DNA of 64,000 nucleotides from assembly GCF_006345805.1 (NCBI RefSeq), contig NC_043003.1, positions 17,236,001-17,300,000 on the forward strand. The letters are read 5' to 3'. Every line of letters begins with the position of its first letter. Positions within the stretch are counted from its first letter, which is position 1. Of the stretch, positions 50,886 through 63,577 are shown piece after piece. Made by a program: the position numbers and the translations under genes. The stretch comes from Octopus sinensis. Lineage: Eukaryota. The notes under the pieces are model-generated. The model had not been told where the DNA came from, searched no databases, and saw nothing but the letters and a program-made list of their open reading frames with translations.

Positions 50886-52758
50886 CAAAAATTCAAACAA
50901 GTATTCCTTTTATCGTTAATAAATATATTAATGAAAATGCAAAAGTAGAGAAACAAAAAAATTGATTACATAAATAATACATTAATAGCAGGAATCTATA
51001 ATAATAATAATCAGTTGGATAAAATGCACAAAGAAAAGGAAACCACATATGAATGTACATAAGCATAAATGCATGTTCATTGAGATAGCATAATTATTGC
51101 ATATATCTCATTTACACGGAATAGTTTCTGCAGATAATTAAGTCTCTAAAATGTAGATTACATGCTCCGATCAATATCTTCCAAAAAAAAAATCATGCAT
51201 TGTTATTACTGTTTGCAATGAATGCTGGTCATAAAGATATAGTTTTGATACGTTCCTGTCAGTTATCTGTTATCTATTCGTCATTCACATTGCATCATGT
51301 TCGTAGTTTCATGATCGTTCATGCCATAATTACATATATAAGAGCACTGTTGTAGTTTTTGTTATAACTAATTGTTATTTGTGCAACTGTCATGAGTAAT
51401 TTTTGTATAATGTCTTCTGTATTCTTGTTTTATGTTATATGTTCATGTAATCTTAACAAATATCTTAAACGATGTTCAGTTAAATTTATGTTTTATATAA
51501 ATTATAGTTAAACTCAATCATAAAGGCTAAAGTCCTCAAATTATATGTTAATTATTTTAAGTAATAATTATGAAGTACTTTTAAATAGGAATCAATTACA
51601 AATAGATTAATTTTGTAATACAGACAGTAACATTATTTATTTCTTGTGAAATCTGCAATTTATTTCCCGCACTGAAACACTTAGAATAAATATAAAAAAT
51701 CATTTTCAAAATTAATTTCATTTGAGAAAGAATCTTTAAAGATATAGCTGCTGAACTATAAGTAAAACTTTTGCTTTGCTTTTGTTTAATTGATTTGAAA
51801 TAGCAAGAAATACATATAGCCTATATAATTTTATAAAAAGCCAGAATGTAAGTTGGACATTAATTTTGGCTTTTAGAAGTTGATTTGAATCTTTGGGGAA
51901 TGAAGACTACTTATGTTATTGCACTGAAGAATCTGAAACCATTATTTAGCAAAATGTACACAAAATTAATTAATTCATTTGGATATTTTAATAATGTAAA
52001 TGTTAAATAACTGACTGTATGGGTTAAATCTAAAGTCTTTTGGAAAGATGTCAGTATTGATATATATAAGATATGACAATGAAACTTGAAAATGATGATT
52101 ATTAAGCTATCAATAGAACTTATATGTATGTAAATTATAAATTCAATATGTTCCTTCCTTTCGTAAGCCTCACTTATGAAAGTAAGTTATATTAGTTGTA
52201 GTTTGAATTCCGAAAAAAAAAAAAAAAAAAAACCAAAAGCTGTTAACTTAAAATGTTATGGGAAAAACCATCGACATATCTTTAAATTACTAATTAATGC
52301 TACATGTCCAATAACATTGAATTTAAAATGCATAGGTTAAGTTTTAAGACTTCGCCATCATGAAATGTATAATGGTTAGTGGTTGTTAAAGATTTCACGA
52401 GATATAAAAAAAAAACTATTTCATTGGATCAGCCTCTTTTGAGATGAGTTACTGTCTGAAAGATTTAAAGTCAATTTGTGATTGTTACTGTAAAAGAGTA
52501 CTTCGTAAACATTTATGTCATTTATCATTATCAAAAAGAATAAGCATTTATACAGATTGGTGAAAATATATTTTAATCCAACCATTTATATTTCAATTCA
52601 TCTAAATATAATGGTTCCATGAAGCCCTATATATATATATACATTAATTCTGTAAGGTCCAATTTTCATTTAAAATTTGTTGCATGCAAGCAAGCGGTAT
52701 GCGTACCATCAATCATACTTTATTTTGAGTATCTGCCTTTGCTATGTTCGCAATGAAG

Positions 52759-52941
52759 AGGATGTAGATGGAATCAACATGTATCCACCTTCATTGAGAG
52801 GAATGCCAGACACTGACGGCTATGAAGCCGATGAGGATGACACAGTGATCATACCAAATGGTCACAATATTTGTCCAGAAATTACAACTGAAGACTATGA
52901 TGGACTTTCTGATGACGACTTCTTCAATGAAGACGATGAAG
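52759..52941 (+). CDS. unc-22: Acidic candidate exon (EDVDGINMYPPSLRGMPDTDGYEADEDDTVIIPNGHNICPEITTEDYDGLSDDDFFNEDDE); 5' boundary uncertain (52759 or 52768)
   Basis: Coding-like Asp/Glu-rich open frame in ORF 52677..52997 ending at GAAG/gtattt in phase 1. Both candidate acceptors are phase 1 but atypical. Confidence 0.55.
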
Positions 52942-54354
52942 GTATTTTGGCAGGATGCATCAATCAACAAATTAGTAAAGGTCAAACAATAACCTAAAGG
53001 GAATATTATTTTAAATGCTTTGTAAGATGGAGAGAGAGAAATTGAGGGAATGTGTGCATGAAAGAGAAAGTATGAGAGACACAGAAAGATGGAGACAGTG
53101 AAGCAAACACAGAGATTACTCTGTCTTATCAGAGGATAGGTCATTACATATGTACAATGTTTTTGGAAACAGAGCACACAGATGCCAGATCATTTTTCTA
53201 AAATCCTATCCTTTCTAGATTTCTTTCACTCCATCTCAAAGCAGTTATTCCTTGGGATTGTTGTACCTTAAATATACTGAATCAAGGAACAAAATTATTT
53301 TTTCAAAATTTAATATTTACTATAATAAATTTAGAATTAAAAAAATTTGGCAAAACTTGGGACATCAATTATAAATCAGGTATCTTAAATTAAGTTATCT
53401 GATTATTAATTTTTGTTAATTTTTGTTAATTTCACTATGCTGAGAAAATGGAATGTAACATGTTCCTTTGATTGAGTATATTTGAAATGATATATAAATA
53501 TTAGTGATGTATCATATGTAATTTTACTTTTACACGTTTGCTTCTGGTTAATCCTTACACATTTCATCTACTGGGAATATTCTTTATACTGTGCACTCTT
53601 AGACACTATTAAGCTATATCAATACATTTTTTATTAGAATTACGGTGTGTCTAGGGTGTACATGGTTAGTTATACCCACAAAGTATCAAAGGATTAATCA
53701 TTAGCTTCAACTTCCTGACAACTGTTTCTTTCTCTTTGGTTTTATCTTATATTTATTTCAGTTTTCCTAAAACAGATTTCAAGATGACATTACAATAATG
53801 CAACAGTCGTAATGCTTATTCCGCATTCCATATGCTGTATGCTCCCACAGCCCTGATTATTTGCTGCTTAGATATTGCGCTAAATATTGGAGCAAGCCCA
53901 AACAATTGCTCAGATTCAACAGTTTATTTGCGCTCTTGGCTGAATCTTTGTATATGCGCTGGGAAAAAAAAATTTCTCCAACAATTCCCCTCCTCTGTTT
54001 TTTTTTTCTCTTTCAATTTTGCTAATTATATTTTCATTTCAGAAATAAATATATTGCACTAACTGGTAATGTGATGATAAACACTTTGATGTGAAAATAT
54101 ATTTAATTCAATTTATTAGGAAAAATGAATAATTAATTATATTTGCAATATTAATCAATAATATTTTCAGTATGCTCAAAGTCTCTTGAAGTAAATTATA
54201 TCTCGAAATCATGTAAAGAATTTGAACCTAAATATTTTATAAAATTTAGTATTCATCAGTTGAAGTAAAAATTATATAAATGCTATCTGATTTTATTCAT
54301 TTTACAATGAACATTTATTAACATTTATCTTTTTTACTTTACAATCAACAATAG

Positions 54355-54365
54355 GAAAAGAGAGG
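54355..54365 (+). CDS. unc-22: 11-nt microexon GAAAAGAGAGG (G-K-E-R)
   Basis: Pyrimidine tract tttatcttttttacttt, acceptor caacaatag, donor gtaagt; gives the phase 1 to 0 conversion needed to enter exon O. Confidence 0.72.
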
Positions 54366-55672
54366 GTAAGTTGCTTCACTTTCTTCATTGACAAATTATA
54401 ATATTACTATATATATATATATATATATATCATTGTTTCTAATTCTCTCTAAAGGAGACTAGATATAGTTTTATATTTAGAACTGTATATTTAGGACAGC
54501 TGGAAGAATGGTGTTTTACTTGTATAAAATCATCACACATTTTCACAATTATATTTAATGCAAATTTTTTTAGCTATCAAAACAACGAAGAAATAAGGAA
54601 TTCCAGTAGTTCAATACAGAGTCAGAAAACAAGTGTTTACTTATCAAAAATATTTTTAAAACTTGCAAATGATCATAGTTGAATTATTGGATTTAGCCTC
54701 TTCTATAAATTTTCTTTTTATTTAATATAGATATGATATATTGATGTTATCATAAATCGCAGACAATAGCAATTTTATTGGTAGTTTAGTTTATACCAAC
54801 AAAAAAATATTTGGGCATTTCGACAAAAAAAAATTTGACATTTTCACCGATATGAAAGTCACAGATGCATACATGTTGTTAATTATTTACAAACATGCAC
54901 ACTATACTAACACTTTTAAAGATATACATAACTATCTGGAAGTAAGTGCTAGATAATTCAAAATATTCATATATTTCCTATTAATATACTTATTTCATTT
55001 ATTTGGCATCACTTCATCCCTATCACTGACAACATGAAAAGACATTAAAAACGATAAGTTTTTTTCATATATTTTGATGGCTTCTGTTATTATTTAAGAA
55101 AGTATGAGAGTTTTCAATTTCTTCTCAGTTATCAACCATATAATCTTAGATAAAATTTTTCTCTCATCTTTCATTTCTTTAATGTTTGTGGCACATTGCC
55201 TATCTCTTTGGTTTAATCATCACTGCATAATCTCTTATTTTTTAGTGGCGTCTGTCATTGATTACATTAAACTGATAATATACCTTGTGTTGACTGAGCA
55301 TGAATGGATAAGTAGGTATTTAAAGAGTGGTGCTTTCTAACTACCCACTAGATCTCACTTAGAAATCCACTCTCCATTTTCACAATGTAAAATGTTTTCT
55401 CGCCTAAGTTTCGAAAATTTTCGTCCACTTTATGCAAATATTATATATTTCTATATGTTTTTAAAATTATATCTTCATGGAGTTAACTTTGGATTCCTTA
55501 ATGACAATACAACCTTCGTATAATTACGGTATCTTTGGCCTAACGAATAGCTAGCTGAGTATCCCTCATTGAGTAATTATTACATCAGAGGATCTGCTAG
55601 CTAGGAAACATATGTAGCCTGGATTTTACCTCTTTCACTCCCTCAATTTGGATACACACACACACAAACACA

Positions 55673-55708
<36 letters not shown>

Positions 55709-56628
55709 CATACATTCACACACAAACATAAATGCTTACATACATAATACATACATGCGTATGCTTGTGTATATATATATGTGTGTGTGTGCATGTGTGT
55801 ATGTAACCAATAAAATACAAAAGAAAAAGAAATATATATATATATATATATATTCTATCAGAATTTTTAAACAAAGAAACAAGGAGTTTGTTGTTTTAAA
55901 AGATATAGAATTGCACCTCAGAACATAATGTTATCTCATAGGAAAACTTATTCTTTACTTACTTTGCTAACGGATCTTACATTTTCTTTGTTTTACATTT
56001 ACAAAGCATTCTTATTGTGGTTACACAAACAACGAAGGAAGTTATCAGGGTGTTACCGTCAGCATTTAAACAATGTATAAAAATTCATTCAGACAACCTG
56101 AATATATGTTAGTACACTGTACACTTAACCAATTAAATTCTTTAAAATTTACACAACAGAAAACATATATCTCCCATTTCCACGATGGTTCCTAATAATC
56201 ATCCTGCCATGGATACTAGGTATATGGATGATACATATCTGTATTTTCGCCGAAAGACATTTATTCGCTACAGTCTAGGCCCATATGAGGTAAATTTTAC
56301 TTTATTGAGCAGTTAATTTCGAAACATCTAAAGGTATTTCTTGTATTTTGTTAAGTTACCAATAATAACATTTATTTTATTATTTCATTTTACTTCTATT
56401 ATCACATGACAATCACCATAATTTTTGAGAACCAATAAATGCTAAAATTTAATTGATAGATATTTAGATTAGGTATTGATAATGTTTTTATTGCTATATT
56501 TTTTAACTATTCAACTCCCAATTTTTGCTACAGTTTTGAAAATATCTATTCTTAATGTAATTGGGGAAATAAGATTTTCCTTAAAATTGATTTATATAAT
56601 TTTTTATATTAATTAGTTCACAAATCGC

Positions 56629-56663
<35 letters not shown>

Positions 56664-57585
56664 ATATACATACATTCACACACAAACATAAATGCTTACA
56701 TACATAATACATACATGCGTATGCTTGTGTATATATATATGTGTGTGTGTGCATGTGTGTATGTAACCAATAAAATACAAAAGAAAAAGAAATATATATA
56801 TATATATATATATTCTATCAGAATTTTTAAACAAAGAAACAAGGAGTTTGTTGTTTTAAAAGATATAGAATTGCACCTCAGAACATAATGTTATCTCATA
56901 GGAAAACTTATTCTTTACTTACTTTGCTAACGGATCTTACATTTTCTTTGTTTTACATTTACAAAGCATTCTTATTGTGGTTACACAAACAACGAAGGAA
57001 GTTATCAGGGTGTTACCGTCAGCATTTAAACAATGTATAAAAATTCATTCAGACAACCTGAATATATGTTAGTACACTGTACACTTAACCAATTAAATTC
57101 TTTAAAATTTACACAACAGAAAACATATATCTTCCATTTCCACGATGGTTCCTAATAATCATCCTGCCATGGATACTAGGTATATGGATGATACATATCT
57201 GTATTTTCGCCGAAAGACATTTATTCGCTACAGTCTAGGCCCATATGAGGTAAATTTTACTTTATTGAGCAGTTAATTTCGAAACATCTAAAGGTATTTC
57301 TTGTATTTTGTTAAGTTACCAATAATAACATTTATTTTATTATTTCATTTTACTTCTATTATCACATGACAATCACCATAATTTTTGAGAACCAATAAAT
57401 GCTAAAATTTAATTGATAGATATTTAGATTAGGTATTGATAATGTTTTTATTGCTATATTTTTTAACTATTCAACTCCCAATTTTTGCTACAGTTTTGAA
57501 AATATCTATTCTTAATGTAATTGGGGAAATAAGATTTTCCTTAAAATTGATTTATATAATTTTTTATATTAATTAGTTCACAAAT

Positions 57586-57588
<3 letters not shown>
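55709..57588 (+). repeat. Tandem duplication with 960-bp period, bounded by (TA)n tracts
   Basis: Lines at offset 960 match; the only difference I saw is 56173 C versus 57133 T. Confidence 0.95.
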
Positions 57589-57620
<32 letters not shown>

Positions 57621-57957
57621 AAAATCATATACATTTATATCAATTATATTGCATTATATAACAAATTATATAGTATTATAATGTTATTATGTGGCATTAC
57701 TATAATGTAGTACTGTAATACTATATAGTATCACCATATTATATTTTTGTATGGTATATTGATATAAGTGTTAAACTTAACATTATTTTTGGAAATAAAA
57801 TTGTTGATTGCACTCAGCTACCTGACAAGAGGCACTGTGTACATACTGACACACACACACACACACACATGCATATATATATATGTGTGTGTGATATGTA
57901 TATGTTTATATAGTGTATAAATATATGTGTGTAAATGTGTATCTCTAAATATGTATA

Positions 57958-58011
<54 letters not shown>

Positions 58012-60209
58012 CATCATCATCATTTAACATCCAAAAGCACATTGGTGGATGATCAAATTCTTTTAAAAGTTGAATGTTGATAGTACAAAACAAATGGTTT
58101 CATGCAAAAAATGTACAAATATTTGATCATAGTTTAAATAATAATACAGTCACTCTAACAAGAATGGCTGAACTTCCAATATTATTCAAACTATGGTTGA
58201 ATAATTGCAAACTTTATCAAGTTTGTAACATGACAGTTGGAAGAAAAAAGAAGTGCACCAGCTCTAGAATATATAAGTACATGTATGTCTGTTGGCATGT
58301 AAATATGTATATAAATAGGTATGTGGTGAAGCAATTAGCTGAACCCTAATTATAATTATGCTTATGATTATAAAATATAATTTTACCTATAAAGGTTATT
58401 TCAATGTACTGATCTACTTGGTGAAATTATTAAGTAATTGATTGATTAATTAATTAATTTGATTAATAAATTTTACTCTTTATTATTAATTTAAAATATA
58501 TAAATAGGGTGTAAGAATTTATTACTTGTAAACATCTTTGTATTTTCTATAGAAATTATGTGCCCAAGGTCATTTAATTATTGGGACGTAATCTTTTCTT
58601 TATAAAATTTATTCATCTCCAATGACTCAAAGAGTTAGTATAAACCGCAGTTTTGATCTGACTTTATTATGATATGCAGAGAAGAAATAAAATTATGCCT
58701 GGTAATCACATCAGTCTTTTAAAAGTGCTTTAGATTTTGTGAGCTGCTCAGGCTTTGGAGATATTTGCATTTTAGAAATATAAAAATATCTAAAATTCCT
58801 GAATTCTCTTCCATAAATCCAATATATATATATATATATATATAAATGTGATGGTGCAATTTTCTAATGCTGCTAACCATACTTCTAAAAATCATAAGAA
58901 TCAGTAATTTTGATATTTTGTAATTAAGGAAAGCTGAGTAAGATATAAATTATTTAACAAACAAAATTCACGTAGGAAAACCACCCTCAATTACATTTAA
59001 AGACGATAGCTAAAAGTTTGGTTGGCTTCATAAACAGCCAGCCAAATAAGATACAATCCACCATCTAACTTGAAACTTGTGAACTTTAGTATGCTATAAA
59101 AAAAATTGTGATTTAATTATTGTTTTGAAAGTAAGTCTTTAATTAATAGCACCTTTTTAAAGGTAGATTTATCTTATTATTGCCCACCAAAAATTATATA
59201 AAAGGCAACATACCTTGGAATTATTCCTTTGGTAATTACCATTAGAGCAAAAGCGTTGGATCCCATCAAAACATCCAGCCCATGTCAACATGGGAAGTGG
59301 AACTAAAGATGATGATGACAATGATATTGATAACGATGATTACTAATTTCCATACTTTTGTAAAAGAAACTATTAAAATACCATTTATAATAGAATAAAT
59401 GTTCCGCAGCAGCAGAAGTATCCATGTTTTATTTATACTTTATGAAGCATCTATCAGCTCTTCCTTAGAATTTGTAAGTTTCAGTAAATAGAAGAAAATT
59501 AAGATTCACATTTTCAAATACATACTATCTATACTTTGTTACATATTTTTCTCATTACATAAACTTTGTTTATGATCGTATATCAGGACAATGATCCTCA
59601 AGCAAACAACTTAATTTTCTATTATCTCATCATGTACTGTCAAGACGTTTGAAAGGTCTTCTTTTGATGTAAAGATTAGAATGATACAAAGCATTGAAAT
59701 AATATTTGTGCTAGTTGATATCATCTTATTAATGCTACATAAGGAATACCATTTATTTTGGGTTGAAAATGTTATCAGTATTACAAGTGCTGATATCAAC
59801 TTAATGCTACATTCAATGCATAGTATGCAATTTTATATGCCAACAAATATATAATAGTAGAAATAATTGCTTTCATCTTGAAAAAGAGCTAAAATATAGC
59901 AGAGCATAGACATGGGTGGTTAAGTGCTGAAGCTTCATCCAATGAAATCACTTCTACAGGTTATTTTTTTTTATCAGAACATAGTATGTTAATGTATGCA
60001 AATGCAGTTGGAACATTTTTAGGAATTCCTTCACTTGTAGTCTTTGAATGAGAATAGTATTATAATATAATCAATTTTGAAATATAGATGCAAATATGAT
60101 ATCATCACCATCATCACCATTAAAAGCAGACGTTAAATGATGATGATGATGATGACATCATATTTGCATCTAGTTTTAATTAATTTTATCATCATCATCA
60201 TCATCATTT

Positions 60210-60465
60210 GTGGAGGCACGTGGCTTAGTGGTTAGGGTGTCAGCATCATAATCGTAAGATTGTGGTTTCGATTCCGCGACCGGGCAACACGTTGTGTTCT
60301 TGAGCAAAACACTTCATTTCACTTTGCTCCAGTCCACTCAGCTGGCAAAAATGAGTAACACTGTGATGGACGGGCGTCCGGTCCAGTTGGAGAACACATA
60401 CGCCGTAAAAACCAGGAAACCGGGCCCATGAGCCTGGTTAGGCTTTAAAAGGGCGCATTTATTTT
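60210..60465 (+). mobile_element. tRNA-derived SINE, family E
   Basis: Full-length match to the reverse complement of 3350-3607. Confidence 0.8.
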
Positions 60466-60697
60466 ATTTTTTATCATCCTCATTTAATGTCCGTTGTCTA
60501 TGCTGCAAGGGTTGGACAGTTTGACCAGGGTTGGAAAGCTGGAAGACTGCATCAGACTCCAGCTTCTCATATTTTGCAAATAATGTTGAAAAAATATCAC
60601 AATTTTTGTCTTCCATAACAAATTTACAAATATTCACTCGTAGTTTTGTAAAAGGATTATCTCAAAACACCTTTTTAAACATACAAAGACAGATATG

Positions 60698-60731
<34 letters not shown>

Positions 60732-60991
60732 TACATAGATGCATTCATGCATAATATATACTGCATACATATCTGTGGGTGCATATGCCTGCATGTGCAT
60801 ATATATAATTACATATCTACATACACACACACACACACACATATATATATATGCATACATATACAAACATATATATTAACTTTTACAATAATATTGAGTA
60901 ATCCTTCAGTTTTATGTTAAATTGTTCTTATATATAATTTGGCATATAAACATCTTGTGTGTGTGTATGTATGTATGTGCGTGTGTGCCTC

Positions 60992-61034
<43 letters not shown>

Positions 61035-61629
61035 GCATACACATATGTATGTGTTGTATATGTGTGTACATGTGTCTGTAACTTATAAAATAACTTATAA
61101 ATATATGATGTACACACACATACACACTTGACAGGTTTTCACGAAGATTTTGTCACCAAATTCCAATCATAATTTATTGTTAAACACTAGGTCATGGTAG
61201 GAGGTACTCAACCATAGTATGGTGAATTCATAAACATTTACATCTTGCTTTGTATAATAAGACAATATTGTGAAAATGTGTGATAGAAAATGTTTACAAG
61301 TGTCAATACATTCTTCAGCAATTATATGAAATATGAATAAAATTATTAAATTGAACTTGATCAATATATTGCTTTTATTATAACTGTATTTATATCTTTA
61401 AATCATTTAAAATGATTTAAAACAAAATAACATTTGATATTATTCCATACATACTTTCTTTGGGATTACAAGCAACATTTTATATAAAATATAAATATTG
61501 TATTTAATTAAAATATATATTTGTAGGTTCCTTTCATTTGCTGGCAGGGATAGAATATTTAATATATTTTGTAAATAACCAGAATTAAATTGCATTTCAT
61601 GTTTACTAATGAGATGATTCCTATTACAG

Positions 61630-61723
61630 GATGAAGGAAGAAGAGCTTCAAAAGCTCAAAAGGGAGCCCGACCACAAGGCCCAACATTTTCAAAACCTGC
61701 AGAAAACAAGGTTGTTGTTGAGG
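61630..61723 (+). CDS. unc-22: Twitchin exon O, RRAS-containing linker and start of Ig7 (DEGRRASKAQKGARPQGPTFSKPAENKVVVE)
   Basis: Acceptor ttcctattacag, donor gtaagc; phase 0 to 1; GPTFSKP resembles the Ig A-strand motif. Confidence 0.85.
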
Positions 61724-62427
61724 GTAAGCAAACTAGTCTATACCTGTTCAAAGAATTTATTTTAAGCAACAAATCTTTATCATAATGCAACACTTTCGTG
61801 AACAGTATGGTGAAATTTTCACAAAATGTATTACTTTGAAAGAAAAAGACTTTTTGAAATCAATTGTAAATTAAGAGAGTTGTAGTTTACTTGAAACATT
61901 GTAGTATAGAAGTAGAAAATGAGTGAAATGAGAAATAAGGAAAGCTTTTAACAATGCAGAAAGTTTTTTAGATATTTATATTTTGGGTGCTGTTGTGTGG
62001 ACGCTCCCAGACGATGAAGTAGGCTATCCCAATACGTAGATATAGAGGGAGAAGCCTAGACGTCAGGAGCACAGCTGTGTAGACTAGAACAGTAGTAGTG
62101 GAGCAGAATAGAGTTGAGTAGTAGAGGCATCCGAACATGGGACATAACAGTACAGACGAGGATTTCGTAGCTCACCTAGGATTTCGAAGTACACACAACC
62201 ACTGTGTAGCATTGCGACATAAGAGGTGCAAAGGCCTTGCTACAGAATACAATCTAAGAAATGCGTGTTTACATAGACCCTGCCGTTTTGGATAGCCTGG
62301 TGTTTGAGTTAACAGCAGTAGCAACTCTCCAAATGTTGGTGTAGTTAGTGTTATAGATGTCACATTGAGGAAAGTGGTGCTGGTCATGGTGAAGACAGGC
62401 TGTAGGTTGGAAGCAGTGAAGTCTTCA

Positions 62428-62595
62428 GCAGGAGTGGCTGTGTGGTAAGTAGCTTGCTTACCAACTACATGCTTCCTGGTTCAGTCCCACTGCGTGGCAC
62501 CATGGCCAAGTGTCTTCTACTATAGCCTCGGGCCGACCAAAGCCTTGTGAGTGGATTTGGTAGACGGAAACTGAACGAAGCCCGTCGTATATATG

Positions 62596-62659
<64 letters not shown>

Positions 62660-62888
62660 GTGTATATGTTTGTGTGTCTGTGTTTGTCCCCCCACCATTG
62701 CTTGACAACCGATGCTGGTGTGCTTACGTCCCCATAACTTAGTGTTTCAGCAAAAGAGACTGATAGAATGAGTACTGGGCTTACAAAGAATAAGTCCTGG
62801 GGTCAATTTATTCGACTAATGGCGGTGCTCCAGCATGGCCTGCAGTCAAATGACTGAAACAAGTAAAAGAGTAAAGAGAGTAAAGAGT
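62428..62888 (+). mobile_element. tRNA-derived SINE, family A, apparently full length
   Basis: Head, internal microsatellite and (aaagagt)n tail all present. Confidence 0.82.
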
Positions 62889-63156
62889 ATATTACCAACA
62901 TACAATCAAATATGTAATTGATTTAAGTTCTTTTATAATGTCATCTGTAGGCAAAGTATGGTCAAAATGTTTTAGATGTTTGCTTCACAGCCACAAGGGC
63001 CTGCATTTGGTTTCATTGTATGAAATGTTGGAAAAATGCCATTTTCTGTAGCATCAGAGCAACCTTGTGAGTGAAAATGAGTCAATGGAAACTATATAGA
63101 AGTCTGTCATGTGAATTGTACTTGCAATTCAAAAGTCACCCACTCTGTCACAATGA

Positions 63157-63577
63157 TTCTTATTTCTTTATTGCCCACACGGGGCTAAACATAGAGGGGA
63201 CAAACAAGAACAGACAAACGGATTAAGTCGATTACATCAACCCCAGTGCGTAACTGGTACTTAATTTATCTACCCCGAAAAGATGAAAGGCAAAGTCGAC
63301 CTCGGCGGAATTTGAACTCAGAACGTAGCTGCAGGCGAAATACCTATTTTTTTACTGCCTACACGGGGCTAAACAGAGAGAGGGCAAACAAGGACAGACA
63401 AACGGATTAAGTCGATTATATTGACCCCAGTGCGTAACTGGTACTTAATTTATCGTCCCCAAAAGGATGAAAGGCAAAGTCGACCTCGGCGGAATTTGAA
63501 CTCAGAACGTAACGGCAGACGAAATACGGCTACGCATTTCGCCCGGCATGCTAACGTTTCTGCCAGCTCACCACCTT
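63157..63577 (+). mobile_element. Tandem dimer (about 184-bp period) of a SINE 3' domain (family F)
   Basis: Two copies of acggggct...aaaggcaaagtcgacctcggcggaatttgaactcagaacgta; decayed copies near 45050-45150 and 45640-45730. Confidence 0.7.

Larger units (their letters stand above)
6504..61723 (+). other. unc-22: Twitchin (unc-22/projectin family mini-titin) gene, 5' portion: Ig1-Ig6, KE/PEVK-like linker, start of Ig7; incomplete at both ends
   Basis: GT-AG exon chain with consistent phases. The domains repeat the motifs APxFTxKP...MECxLxADPKPxIxW...DxGxYK(V/C)VAKNxxGESNAxIxLNF typical of N-terminal twitchin/projectin Igs. Six Igs followed by a P/E/V/K-rich linker matches the arrangement described for Mytilus twitchin (PEVK-like region between Ig6 and Ig7). 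Confidence 0.9.

Noticed and set aside
52602-52611. MEF2-like motif CTAAATATAA upstream of the acidic exon
   Set aside because: Expected by chance in DNA this AT-rich; not evidence by itself
61985-62427. GC-richer unique-looking stretch starting TGTTG, possible solo LTR
   Set aside because: No target-site duplication or second copy, and the right end is obscured by a SINE
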